Assembly: GCA_029555085.1 (NCBI GenBank)
Contig: JAKPTO010000026.1
Location: forward strand, 63,435-127,434
Source of the DNA: a bacterium
GTDB lineage: Bacteria > Patescibacteriota > Patescibacteriia > UBA1558 > S5-K13
Length of the DNA: 64,000 bases
Reading direction: 5' to 3'
The notes below the pieces were generated by a model. That model saw only the letters and a list, made by a program, of their open reading frames with translations, was not told the origin of the DNA and made no database searches. The position numbers and the translations under genes are program-made. Shown in pieces: positions 49,283 through 58,909 of this stretch (within the stretch, counting starts at the first letter, position 1; every line of letters begins with the position of its first letter).

Positions 49283-50875
49283 TTACTCTATACTAAATCC
49301 AATTTTATAATCTTTAAACGATGCCTCGCTTAAATCATGAATCATTTTATTCCAATTAGGACCATATAATCTAGTAGCTGTATTTTCTGTTTTTATCCAT
49401 TGAAGTACTCCGGTGGCAGAAACTCTATATACTTTTGGCGAATTTGGTACTTTTACTAAAGAATTGGCATTAAATGGTACATTTTTTCCAAGTGGGTATG
49501 ATTCTAACTTATTCTTTGATATTGTTCTAACATTGTAAAAATAACTACTGTCAAAATATGAATACCATATAGCCTCATTAATATAGGCATGTCTTACATT
49601 TTTAGTGTCTAAAAAATATACGGATGAACTATTTTCTACTCTAATCCATGAACCTCTAGTCCAGAAAGATAAATTTTGTTTATTAAAACTATTATCCAAA
49701 GATGCGTCTGAATTTATTCTTGCTATATAATTTCTCATTTGTCCATTATACATTGTGAAATTTCCAACAATAACTATTCTACCGCCCATATCAGTACTTG
49801 AGAAAAAAATCGCGTCATCTGCGCCGATATTTGGATCAAAACTTGTATCAAGCGAGCCATCTGAGTTTAATCTCGCAATACGATTTCTAGACACTCCATT
49901 GTATTGAGAAAAATACCCATTTATTATCAACTTGTTATCCGGTTGTCTATATATAGAAAAAATCGCATAGTCTGCTCCTGTGCCTGGATTAAAACTTGTA
50001 TCAAGCGAGCCATCTGAGTTTAATCTTGCAATACGATTCCTAGGTGTTCCATTGTATTTTGTAAAATCACCGACTATTATTATTTTTGAATCCAATCCAA
50101 TTGTCAAAAATCTAATAAATTGATCTGCTCCAGTACCTGGATTAAAACTTGTATCAAGCGAGCCATCTGAGTTTAATCTTGCAATACGATTTCTAGACAC
50201 TCCATTGTATGTTGTAAAATTCCCAGCAATAATTATTTTTCCGTCTTGTTGTGTAGCAACAGTATAAACAGAATATCTTGCTCCTGTGCCTGGATTAAAA
50301 CTTGTATCAAGCGAGCCATCTGAGTTTAATCTTGCAATTCCATCTCTCCCAACATCATTATATGTTATAAAATCACCGGCTATTATTATTTTTCCATCGG
50401 ACTGGATAGAACAACTATAAACAGAATTATCAACTCCAGCACCTGGATTAAAACTTGTATCAAGCGAGCCATCTGAGTTCAATCTCGCAATACGATTTCT
50501 AGACACTCCATTGTATGTTGTAAAATCACCGCCTATTATTATTTTTCCATCCGGTTGAATACATATAGAACGAATTACATTTGTTAATCCAGTACCTGGA
50601 TTAAAACTTGTATCAAGCGATCCATCTGAGTTTAATCTCGCAATACGATTTCTAGACACTCCATTGTATTGAGAAAAATTCCCGCCTATTATTATTTTTC
50701 CATCCGGTTGAATAGCATAAATATATACAGAAGCATCAGATCCTTGATATATGTTTTCTGACAAAATTGTTTCTGCTAACGACTTACTAACAAATAATGA
50801 CTTACCAACAAAATAAATACCCACACCCAAAACCATTAAGAATACTATCAATAGTATTTTATTTATTTTTTTCAT
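49283..50875 (-). CDS. Delta-60 repeat (DUF5122-like) beta-propeller surface protein with a CPR-type C-terminal domain
   Basis: About 7 repeats of QPDGKIIIGG.F..YNG..RNRIARLNSDGSLDTSFNPG, an N-terminal signal/TM and C-terminal LVKVPNSPKVY. Confidence 0.9.
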   Translation of the reverse strand: MKKINKILLIVFLMVLGVGIYFVGKSLFVSKSLAETILSENIYQGSDASVYIYAIQPDGKIIIGGNFSQYNGVSRNRIARLNSDGSLDTSFNPGTGLTNVIRSICIQPDGKIIIGGDFTTYNGVSRNRIARLNSDGSLDTSFNPGAGVDNSVYSCSIQSDGKIIIAGDFITYNDVGRDGIARLNSDGSLDTSFNPGTGARYSVYTVATQQDGKIIIAGNFTTYNGVSRNRIARLNSDGSLDTSFNPGTGADQFIRFLTIGLDSKIIIVGDFTKYNGTPRNRIARLNSDGSLDTSFNPGTGADYAIFSIYRQPDNKLIINGYFSQYNGVSRNRIARLNSDGSLDTSFDPNIGADDAIFFSSTDMGGRIVIVGNFTMYNGQMRNYIARINSDASLDNSFNKQNLSFWTRGSWIRVENSSSVYFLDTKNVRHAYINEAIWYSYFDSSYFYNVRTISKNKLESYPLGKNVPFNANSLVKVPNSPKVYRVSATGVLQWIKTENTATRLYGPNWNKMIHDLSEASFKDYKIGFSIE

Positions 50876-51132
50876 ATTATTGTGTTATTAATTTTTATAT
50901 ACAATAAATCGCATTAATTCCATATATTAATATAACATCATACATAAAGTCAAATCAAGTATTAAGGATTAATCAAAATGCCTCGCTACTATGAACTGTT
51001 TTTTTGAGTTAAAAATCAAGCATTTAGACAATATTATCAATAAATCGCTATTTTATTTGAAATTTAATGTAATATTCTATATACTAAAATCAATTATAAA
51101 TTATATAAATACAATATTTAAGTAATTAATAT

Positions 51133-52188
51133 ATGTCTTTTGCCATAGGAATTGTGGGGCTACCAAATGTTGGGAAATCAACACTTTTTAGGGCTCTTAC
51201 AAAAAAACAAGTTGACGCATCAAATTACCCATTTTGTACAATAGAACCAAATGTTGGCGTTGTTGCTGTACCCGATGAAAGATTAGATAAATTATCAAAA
51301 TTAAATAATTCAGAAAAAACAATTTACACAACAATTGAATTTGTTGATATTGCCGGACTCGTGAAAGGCGCTTCAAAAGGAGAAGGACTTGGAAATAAAT
51401 TTCTAGCAAATATCCGAGAAGTAGATGCAATTCTACAAGTAATCAGAAGATTCAATGATCCAAACATAGTTCATGTACATGGAGTTGTAAATCCCGTAAG
51501 CGACAGAGAAGTAATTAACATGGAATTAATTCTTGCTGACCTGGAAGTTTTAAATAAATCACTAGAAAAAATAAACTCTCAAATGAAAGGACCTCATGAT
51601 AAATTTTTAGATAAACAAAAAACATTACTTGAAAAAATAAAATCAAATCTAGAAACTGGAAAATTAATGTCTGAAATTGACTTAGATACAGAAGAAAAGT
51701 TTATTATAAAATCATTTAATTTTTTAACTCTTAAACCAATGCTTTATGTGTATAATGTTGACGAAGATGAAGTTAATGATCATTCGGATAATGGAATTGC
51801 AATTTGCGCAAAAATAGAATCAGAACTAGCGGAACTTGATGATCAAAGCGCTAAAGAGTATATGCAAACACTTGGAATGCAAGAAACAGGACTCAACAAA
51901 TTAATAAAAGAATCCTACAAAGCTCTTAATTTAATAACATTTCTCACTAGTGGGCCAAAAGAGTCTCGCGCATGGACAATTGAACGCGGGACAAAAGCAC
52001 CACAAGCAGCAGGGAAAATTCATACTGATTTTGAAAAAGGTTTTATAAGAGCAGAGGTAATAAATTGGCAAGATTTATTAGACTGCGGAGGTGAAGTTCG
52101 CGCCAAAGAAAAAGGACTAATCCGACTCGAGGGAAAAGATTATGTATTTCAAGATGGAGATGTAGCTGTTTTTAGATTTAACAATTAA
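51133..52188 (+). CDS. ychF: Redox-regulated ATPase YchF
   Basis: [38 protein letters not shown] and TGS domain with [10 protein letters not shown]. Confidence 0.98.
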   Translation: MSFAIGIVGLPNVGKSTLFRALTKKQVDASNYPFCTIEPNVGVVAVPDERLDKLSKLNNSEKTIYTTIEFVDIAGLVKGASKGEGLGNKFLANIREVDAILQVIRRFNDPNIVHVHGVVNPVSDREVINMELILADLEVLNKSLEKINSQMKGPHDKFLDKQKTLLEKIKSNLETGKLMSEIDLDTEEKFIIKSFNFLTLKPMLYVYNVDEDEVNDHSDNGIAICAKIESELAELDDQSAKEYMQTLGMQETGLNKLIKESYKALNLITFLTSGPKESRAWTIERGTKAPQAAGKIHTDFEKGFIRAEVINWQDLLDCGGEVRAKEKGLIRLEGKDYVFQDGDVAVFRFNN

Positions 52189-53221
52189 AAAAATCGCAAA
52201 GCATTGTTGCATCACCAAATGAGTAGAATCTATACTCATTTTTTATTGCTTCATTATATAATTTAAAAATAAATTTTCTCCCAACTAATGCCGATACAAG
52301 CATTATGAGAGTGCTTTTTGGTAAGTGAAAATTTGTAATTAAATTCTTAACAAATTTAAATTTATACCCTGGATAAATAAATATTTTTATCCAATTTTTT
52401 TGAGGAATTAATTCTCCTTTATTATTTGAAAAAGCTTCTAAAACTCTAAGCGCTGTTGTTCCTACCACAATAATTCTTTTATTTTGTTTTTTTGCTCTGT
52501 TTAAAAATTTAGCAGTTGGCTCATCAAGAATTCCAAATTCGCTATGAATTTTATGATCCTCTATTTTATCAGTTTTTACTGGTTCAAAAGTTCCAAGTCC
52601 AACATGAAGAGTAACATATTTAAAAATAATTCCCTTTTTCTTTAATTTATCTAATAATTTTTTTGTAAAATGAAATCCTGCTGTTGGCGCCGCAACTGAT
52701 CCACGATTCTTTGCATATACTGTTTGGTATTCTTTTTTTAATTTATTTTCACTATCGGGATTTTTTATATATGGTGGAATTGGAACATGACCAAACTTTT
52801 CAATCATTTGATTTAATTTATTTTCGCTTAAATTAAATTGAACTTGCCAAATATTATTTTCAATTTGTTTTATAATTTCACAATAAAAATTTTTAGAAAA
52901 TAATATTTTCATTTTATCTCTGATTCTTTTTCCGCCAATAATTACTTGCCATGAATTATTATTTATTTGTTGCAATAAAAAAACTTCTACTTTTCCAGAA
53001 CTTTCCTTATTTCCAATGAGTCGCGCTGGAAAAACTTTTGTATCATTAAAAACTAAAATATCGCCTCTCTCTAAAATATCATAAATATCTCTAAAAATAT
53101 GATGAGAATATTTTTTATCTATATAATTTACGACTAAAAATTTAGAAGAATCACGCGGTGAAGCGAGTTTATTTGCAATTAAATTTTTAGGTAAATTGTA
53201 ATCAAATTCAGATGTTTTCAT
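52178..53221 (-). CDS. queA: S-adenosylmethionine:tRNA ribosyltransferase-isomerase
   Basis: FDYNLP, NDTKVFPARL, PIPPYI, YQTVYA, GSVAAPTAGFHF, TNFHLPKST and YRFYSFGDA. Confidence 0.98.
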   Translation of the reverse strand: MKTSEFDYNLPKNLIANKLASPRDSSKFLVVNYIDKKYSHHIFRDIYDILERGDILVFNDTKVFPARLIGNKESSGKVEVFLLQQINNNSWQVIIGGKRIRDKMKILFSKNFYCEIIKQIENNIWQVQFNLSENKLNQMIEKFGHVPIPPYIKNPDSENKLKKEYQTVYAKNRGSVAAPTAGFHFTKKLLDKLKKKGIIFKYVTLHVGLGTFEPVKTDKIEDHKIHSEFGILDEPTAKFLNRAKKQNKRIIVVGTTALRVLEAFSNNKGELIPQKNWIKIFIYPGYKFKFVKNLITNFHLPKSTLIMLVSALVGRKFIFKLYNEAIKNEYRFYSFGDATMLCDFFNC

Positions 53222-53236
53222 ATCATTAATATTTGG

Positions 53237-53421
53237 AATAAAAAATCACGCGACATTATACAAGCTTGTCATCCTGAACTTGAAATCGCTCTCACCTATC
53301 ATCCTGAACTTGAAATCGCTCTCACCTGTCATCCTGAATTTATTTCAGGATCTTGATGTTTTACATTCTCTCAATGGGATTCTGAAATAAATCCAAAATA
53401 ACATGTATGTGATTTTTTATT
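53237..53421. repeat. Nested inverted/direct repeat element (REP/MITE-like) between queH and queA
   Basis: 13-bp perfect outer IR (53237-53249 / 53409-53421), 30-bp tandem units at 53267 and 53297, palindrome 53327-53353 and a degenerate inverted arm 53378-53403. Confidence 0.75.
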
Positions 53422-53453
53422 TTCCACTTTTTTCTAATAACTTAAAATTTTCA

Positions 53454-53984
53454 CTACCTAATACTAAACTCACACCCACAATAATTTTGACGATAAAAAT
53501 TATTATCACGCGAAATCTCGCATGACTTTTTAAATCCCCCATCTTTTTTCCAATCAACTTCTAAATATTCAACATTTAAACTTTTTGAAATTTCATATCC
53601 GACATTGTTTATCATTTCAGCGCTCTTGTGCGGGCTAATTGATAATGTAGTTGTAAATATATCAAAATTATTTTGTTTTGCATATTTCGCAGTTTCTTCT
53701 AACCTATATTTATAACAAATAAAACATCTTTTTCCTCTTTCGGGTTCGTTTTCAAATCCTTTTATTTTATCCAACCAAATACTATGATTTAATTTCTTCT
53801 CAATGAATTCGATTTTTAATTTTTTAGCATAATTTTCTGACTCATTCTTCCTTGTTTCATACTCGGTCTCTGGATAAATATTCGGATTAAAATAAAAAAG
53901 AGAGATATTATAATTTTCTCTTAATTTTTCTATAACATATGCGCTACAAGGTGCGCAACAAACATGAAGTAATAATTTTTTCAT
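53454..53984 (-). CDS. queH: Epoxyqueuosine reductase QueH
   Basis: LLLHVCCAPCS, FYFNPNIYP, RCFICY..RL, FTTTLSISPHK and YRQNYCGCEFS. Confidence 0.96.
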   Translation of the reverse strand: MKKLLLHVCCAPCSAYVIEKLRENYNISLFYFNPNIYPETEYETRKNESENYAKKLKIEFIEKKLNHSIWLDKIKGFENEPERGKRCFICYKYRLEETAKYAKQNNFDIFTTTLSISPHKSAEMINNVGYEISKSLNVEYLEVDWKKDGGFKKSCEISRDNNFYRQNYCGCEFSIR

Positions 53985-53997
53985 AAATTACTATTTT

Positions 53998-54699
53998 CTA
54001 TTTTATTATAGATTCCAAATCAGATTCTAAATAATAAGAAGGTAAAATTTTTATTCCATAATCAACTAATTTATCAAAGTCTCTTAATTTTGTCCAGTAG
54101 CTAAGTAATTCATTTCTCAATTCTCTATGAATTTCATATCCCTTGTCTTCAGCATACATTAAGTCCCTAAATTCATAATTTAAAATAATAGTCATAGCTT
54201 CTTTCAAAAATTCAAATTGTTCATCATTTAGACTAACCCTATCTTTAAAATACCTTATAAATTGAAAATGTAATAATTCGTGTAAAAATACATCTATACA
54301 TCTCTCTGCTGATAGATTTATATAAAACCAAACATAAGCACTTTTATAATCATACGCACACCTTGGGAATGTAGTTAAAAAACAAGTAAAATTTTTTCTA
54401 TACAATTTTCTTTTAGTCAACTCCTCCATTCTATAAAATATTACTTTCGTTTTTTCATCAAAAATATCTTGTGTTTTATCCAATACACTATTTAAAATTT
54501 TATTATTTTCTTTATAATAGTTATTCAGATATGGAACTAAAAATATGTAAGCATCTTTTTTGTTTTTGCTGATAATATTTTTTGATATACTTTCATCTAT
54601 TCTAGTTCTCCAATCAACCCCGTGGGAAATTTTATTGCAAGCATGCCAAAAATTCCAAGCGTCTTTCTTAATATTTATTTTTACTTTTATTTTAAACAT
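53998..54699 (-). CDS. Hypothetical protein with HExxH zinc-metallopeptidase-like motif
   Basis: LTTFPRCAY, FLHELLHFQF, KEAMTIILN and GYEIH. Confidence 0.7.
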   Translation of the reverse strand: MFKIKVKINIKKDAWNFWHACNKISHGVDWRTRIDESISKNIISKNKKDAYIFLVPYLNNYYKENNKILNSVLDKTQDIFDEKTKVIFYRMEELTKRKLYRKNFTCFLTTFPRCAYDYKSAYVWFYINLSAERCIDVFLHELLHFQFIRYFKDRVSLNDEQFEFLKEAMTIILNYEFRDLMYAEDKGYEIHRELRNELLSYWTKLRDFDKLVDYGIKILPSYYLESDLESIIK

Positions 54700-54824
54700 T
54701 TTAGATATTTATATATTATTTATAAAAACATAAAAATACAATAATTACAATAAGCACTATTAATAAAAAAATAGACACTTCTGTCTATAAAATACATACA
54801 AAATATAAATCTTTAAAATAACCT

Positions 54825-54878
54825 ATTTTTCTATAATATATAAGGCACACAAAAAGCATGAAATAACAATTTTTTCAT
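54825..54878 (-). pseudogene. Relic duplicate of the queH 5' end
   Basis: Reads MKKLLFHAFCVP and aligns to the queH start at 46/54 nt with a 7-nt deletion. Confidence 0.7.
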
Positions 54879-55564
54879 TATTTTTTTATCAATAATTTGC
54901 TGATGTACTTTTTAGCTTTAAGTTGTTCCTCTATACTATTTTCAACTTCAAAGGCAATATATTTCGGCAAATATTTTTTGTATTTTTTTAAATAATCAAA
55001 TTCAGTTAATGAATGAAATGTATGATCATCATATCTTAAAACTTTGGAATGTGAACATTTATATGCTTTTCTCCTTATTGCGCTCACATGCCAAACGCCA
55101 CATTTATAATTTTTTAATATTTCACTGACTATTTTATAAGACTTTTTCTTACATCTTCTTGCGTTTTCTAAATGCGACACATCAAGACAAATTCCGGCAT
55201 AATTATTTATTTCATTTTTTATATATTGATTTGTGTTTTCTAAATAGATTAAATTCTTATATTTTTTAAAAATGCGCTTATCTTTTATTCCGTGATCTTG
55301 TTTCGTATGAGTATTAAAAAGTTTTGTATTAAATTTTTTTATCAAATAATCAATTTCCTCGAGTTTCATATCATCTCTCAAATGAACGAATGGCACATTT
55401 TTAATATTGTTTTTGTAAAGTTCTTTATAGATTTTTTCTCTAACGCTTTTTGTAGCATATAAAGTAAGAAACAAGGCTACTTCCTTGACTTTTAATTTTT
55501 TTAATTCTTGAATTTTTTTAAAATAATTCTTATTTGTTGTAACTATGGAAACTAAAATTTTCAT
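54878..55564 (-). CDS. Hypothetical protein (possible xylose-isomerase-like TIM barrel)
   Basis: FVHLR, IYLEN, GICLDVSH, WHVS and IAFEVEN metal-ligand-like pattern. Confidence 0.7.
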   Translation of the reverse strand: MKILVSIVTTNKNYFKKIQELKKLKVKEVALFLTLYATKSVREKIYKELYKNNIKNVPFVHLRDDMKLEEIDYLIKKFNTKLFNTHTKQDHGIKDKRIFKKYKNLIYLENTNQYIKNEINNYAGICLDVSHLENARRCKKKSYKIVSEILKNYKCGVWHVSAIRRKAYKCSHSKVLRYDDHTFHSLTEFDYLKKYKKYLPKYIAFEVENSIEEQLKAKKYISKLLIKK

Positions 55565-55583
55565 AATTTATTAATATTATCAA

Positions 55584-56054
55584 TTATTTTTTCTTATCAA
55601 TAAAACCACCAATATATTTTGCTCTGTAAATCTCCTCTCCTTTGTATGTTATAATTTCTTCTCCTGAAAAATTATCGACCTCGCCAATAAAATTATTTGC
55701 ATAAATATAATCTCCATCAATATATTCTTTTGGACCGCGATATGGGTTTTCTTCTGGAATTAATAATAAAGCTCCTCTTAAAACTTTATAAACATCTTTA
55801 AAGTCATTTATCTTTTCATTAACATATCCATAATAAACCATCATATAAACTGCTTGGTTTTGAAAAAACACCACTTCTCTCCCTCCGTATGGCTCTCCGC
55901 CAAAATAATTATCATGATACTTAAAATCGCCTTTTTCAAAAATTAAAGTTTTTGATTTATTTTCTTCTTTTATTTCTTTAGTTGCATCGCCACTTGCATA
56001 AGTAGATTTTTTTGCTTCAACTAAAAATTTACATAGTTCTTTTTTGTTAAACAT
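55584..56054 (-). CDS. DUF5680-like hypothetical protein
   Basis: FLVEAKKSTYA, YHDNYFGGEPYGGREVV, PYRGP and FSGEE. Confidence 0.75.
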   Translation of the reverse strand: MFNKKELCKFLVEAKKSTYASGDATKEIKEENKSKTLIFEKGDFKYHDNYFGGEPYGGREVVFFQNQAVYMMVYYGYVNEKINDFKDVYKVLRGALLLIPEENPYRGPKEYIDGDYIYANNFIGEVDNFSGEEIITYKGEEIYRAKYIGGFIDKKK

Positions 56055-56067
56055 ATTTTTGAATTAT

Positions 56068-57093
56068 TTATAATAATTTATTTTGAGAATCATTAAAGTC
56101 TCTTCCTAGGTGTTTATAACCTAACTCTGTAACAACTCTTCCTCTAGGCGTTCTCGCTAAAAATCCCACTCTCATTAAATATGGTTCATAAACCTCTTCA
56201 ATTGTTCCAACCTCTTCACTCACTGATGCGGCAATAGTAGAAATTCCGACCGGACCACCATTAAATTTATCAATAATATTTTCTAAAATTCTCCTATCTA
56301 TATAATCAAGTCCATAGCTATCGACATTCAACATTTCTAGCGCGCTATTGGCTAAATCACTTGTTATAATTCCATCTCCTTTTACTTGAACATAATCCCT
56401 CACGCGTTTCAATAATCTATTTGCAATTCTTGGAGTAAGACGAGACCTACTAGATAATAATTTTGCACCTTCATCCTCAACTTCTATGTTTAATTTTTTA
56501 GCGCTATTTTTTATAATTCTCTCTATTTCACTTTCGTTGTAGTAATCAAGACGAAAAACATGACCAAATCTATCACGAAATGGAGATGAAAGTAAGTCAT
56601 ATCTAGTTGTAGCGCCAATTAATGTAAATTTTGGTAAATCAAGTCGAAGAGTTCTTGCGCTTGGTCCTTTGCCAATTATAATATCTAAGGCATAATCTTC
56701 CATTGCTGGATACAGAACTTCTTCTATAACCTTATTTAATCTATGAACTTCATCAATAAATAAAACATCGCCTTCTTGTAAATTTGTAAGAATCGCCGCT
56801 AAATCACCAACCTTTTCTATTGCTGGACCTGATGTAACTTTTATATTTGAATTAATTTCACTTGAAATAATATAAGCCAAAGTTGTTTTACCAAGTCCAG
56901 GAGGACCATAAAGAAGCACATGCTCAATTGGCTCATTTCTTTTTCTCGCAGCTTCAATAGAAATATTTAAATTATCTTTTACATTTTGCTGACCAATGTA
57001 TTCACTAAAATTTTTGGGTCGAAGTGAAAACTCAAAAGATTTTTCATCCTCTTTTTGAGAGGTGCTTAAAACTTGTTTATCTTCTTGTATCAT
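56068..57093 (-). CDS. ruvB: Holliday junction branch migration helicase RuvB
   Basis: [40 protein letters not shown] and RTPRGR. Confidence 0.98.
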   Translation of the reverse strand: MIQEDKQVLSTSQKEDEKSFEFSLRPKNFSEYIGQQNVKDNLNISIEAARKRNEPIEHVLLYGPPGLGKTTLAYIISSEINSNIKVTSGPAIEKVGDLAAILTNLQEGDVLFIDEVHRLNKVIEEVLYPAMEDYALDIIIGKGPSARTLRLDLPKFTLIGATTRYDLLSSPFRDRFGHVFRLDYYNESEIERIIKNSAKKLNIEVEDEGAKLLSSRSRLTPRIANRLLKRVRDYVQVKGDGIITSDLANSALEMLNVDSYGLDYIDRRILENIIDKFNGGPVGISTIAASVSEEVGTIEEVYEPYLMRVGFLARTPRGRVVTELGYKHLGRDFNDSQNKLL

Positions 57094-57158
57094 ACATTAT
57101 CTTTTTTAACATATATTAATTATATTCTATAACAACTTTAAGATAAAGCAAAATAAAT

Positions 57159-57186
57159 TTGACATTATTAATAAAAATTGTATAAT
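57159..57186 (+). promoter_or_regulatory. Consensus sigma70 promoter
   Basis: TTGACA (57159-57164), 16-nt spacer, TATAAT (57181-57186). SD GGAGGA at 57205-57210. Confidence 0.7.
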
Positions 57187-57213
57187 GATTTCTACGCTAA
57201 AAATGGAGGAAAT

Positions 57214-57375
57214 ATGGTTAAATCAAAAAACAAATTCAAACCCTTAAGCGATGCGGAGATTAAAAAAATGATCGAGGATGTCAATTTCGATCCAGATGCA
57301 AAAAATCTGGACCTACAAGACATCGACGACGAACTTCTGATAAATCAAATGCACAAAGATTTTAAAGAAGATTGA
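57214..57375 (+). CDS. Small acidic hypothetical protein (53 aa)
   Basis: Has its own promoter, SD and terminator; sequence begins MVKSKNKFKPLSDAEIKKMIED. Confidence 0.65.
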   Translation: MVKSKNKFKPLSDAEIKKMIEDVNFDPDAKNLDLQDIDDELLINQMHKDFKED

Positions 57376-57401
57376 CCGTTTTTCAAACTCTTATATTACA
57401 C

Positions 57402-57427
57402 GCCCACACACAAGTGTGGGCTTTTTT
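57402..57427 (+). terminator. Intrinsic terminator
   Basis: gcccacac-acaa-gtgtgggc-tttttt. Confidence 0.85.
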
Positions 57428-57516
57428 ATTTATTATAAATACTAGTATTGACTAAATAAAAATTAGGTATTAATATTCTATAAATCAAAATACAATAATA
57501 AACACTGGGAGGAACA

Positions 57517-57825
57517 ATGACAATTAAAGAAATAAGGGTGAAAATCACGGAAACAATTGTGAATATAATTAGAAAAGAGATTGATTCACAAGAAGAGACC
57601 AGCGCAGATCTTGTTATAAGCGAAGACACTAGTTTTAAAAAAAACCTTAAAATGGATCTTGAATGTTTGAAAAACATTATCCAAAAGATAGGAACAAAAT
57701 TTGGTGTAAACTTGAGCAGATTTGATACTAACGAAATTCAAACAGTAAAAGATCTTGCTACTCTAGTCATAGTCAGAGCAGACCAGCAAAATATAAACCT
57801 TGAAGAAATGCTAGAGAAACGATAA
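57517..57825 (+). CDS. Acyl-carrier-protein-like protein lacking the phosphopantetheine Ser
   Basis: ISEDTSFKKNLKMDLECL...KFGVNL...IQTVKDL matches the ACP pattern, but DSL is replaced by DLE. SD GGGAGG at 57507-57512. Confidence 0.6.
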   Translation: MTIKEIRVKITETIVNIIRKEIDSQEETSADLVISEDTSFKKNLKMDLECLKNIIQKIGTKFGVNLSRFDTNEIQTVKDLATLVIVRADQQNINLEEMLEKR

Positions 57826-57846
57826 CTATTTTTTTATCCAACACAC

Positions 57847-57877
57847 AAAAGACAGGTTAAACCACCTGTCTTTTTTT
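57847..57877. terminator. Bidirectional intrinsic terminator
   Basis: aaaagacaggt-taaacc-acctgtcttttttt between convergent genes. Confidence 0.85.
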
Positions 57878-57916
57878 ATATTATAATTCAAAATCTCAAA
57901 TTCTAATTCTTGAATC

Positions 57917-58891
57917 CTATTTTGTAATTTTATTTCTAGAATGTCTTATAAATCCCGAACATGGGATAATTTCAATTCCTTTTTTAGCTAATTCATCACA
58001 GAATAAATTCATACCAATAGAATCAGATGACATGTGACCCGCAATTATAACATTTAAATGAGCTTTCTCTGCGTATTTTCTATGCTCTTCTGACATGTGC
58101 ATTCCTAAAACTGTCCCTATTCCTGCGTTTGCAATTTTTTCATATGAATCTTTGGAGGCAGATGTACCGCCAGTAATTTCCGTTACTGCAATACGCCCCA
58201 AATATCTATCCTCACTTCCTACAAACAATTTTGGTCCGACTTTTATTTTACTTGCTTCACGATATTCTGGAATTTCTTTTAAGAGCTTCATTAAATCCTT
58301 AACTATTTCAAGTTTTTTCTCATTTTTCTTGATCAAATCAGATAAAAATTTTGCAACCATATTGTCTGCAATTGTATGTGTACACATTAATTCAAATCCA
58401 AGTAATTTAGCACTATCTACTACCTTATTGTGATTTGATGCGTTTACTCCGCGACTTACTTCACTCATACGAAGCTTTGTAATGTCTTCTGCAATATTAA
58501 TTGGAACTCCGTATTTATGCAATAATTCAATTTGTAAATCCACTACCTCTCCCAATCCCGCAAGACCTACTCCAACTGGATGATGAGAAATAATTAAATC
58601 AATTGGTTTTTTCTTACTCAATTCATTTGCAAGAAGAACCTCGGAGGTATCAATATCAATTCCAACCATTGCTCTTTTTACTTGTTTGTTTAATCCACTT
58701 GTTAAAATCCTTGTATCAGCGTATGGATTCTTCATTGACTCAATATCAAAGTCAAGCCTCTCGCTTGTTTTTAATTCTTCAAACTTTTCCTTTGCTCTTT
58801 TTAATTTTCTATTTACAACATTAATTCCTCTTAAATCATTTTTGATTCCAAGAGAAACAGCTAATTCATATATCTGTTTTACTGTCATCAT
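57917..58891 (-). CDS. NIF3 / NGG1p-interacting-factor (DUF34-like) protein
   Basis: NPYADTRI, VGIDID, ISHHP, HTIADN, GMHMSE and AGHMSSDSIGMN. Confidence 0.85.
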   Translation of the reverse strand: MMTVKQIYELAVSLGIKNDLRGINVVNRKLKRAKEKFEELKTSERLDFDIESMKNPYADTRILTSGLNKQVKRAMVGIDIDTSEVLLANELSKKKPIDLIISHHPVGVGLAGLGEVVDLQIELLHKYGVPINIAEDITKLRMSEVSRGVNASNHNKVVDSAKLLGFELMCTHTIADNMVAKFLSDLIKKNEKKLEIVKDLMKLLKEIPEYREASKIKVGPKLFVGSEDRYLGRIAVTEITGGTSASKDSYEKIANAGIGTVLGMHMSEEHRKYAEKAHLNVIIAGHMSSDSIGMNLFCDELAKKGIEIIPCSGFIRHSRNKITK

Positions 58892-58909
58892 AATATTTAT
58901 AAGTTAATT

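Noticed and set aside
47590-50710. Near-identical DNA repeats as mobile elements
   Set aside because: Apart from the intergenic palindromic array, they are explained by GLUG, propeller and delta-60 protein repeats.
53267-53353. 30-bp repeats as a mini-CRISPR or preQ1 riboswitch
   Set aside because: The intervening sequences are identical rather than unique spacers, and no preQ1 consensus was seen.
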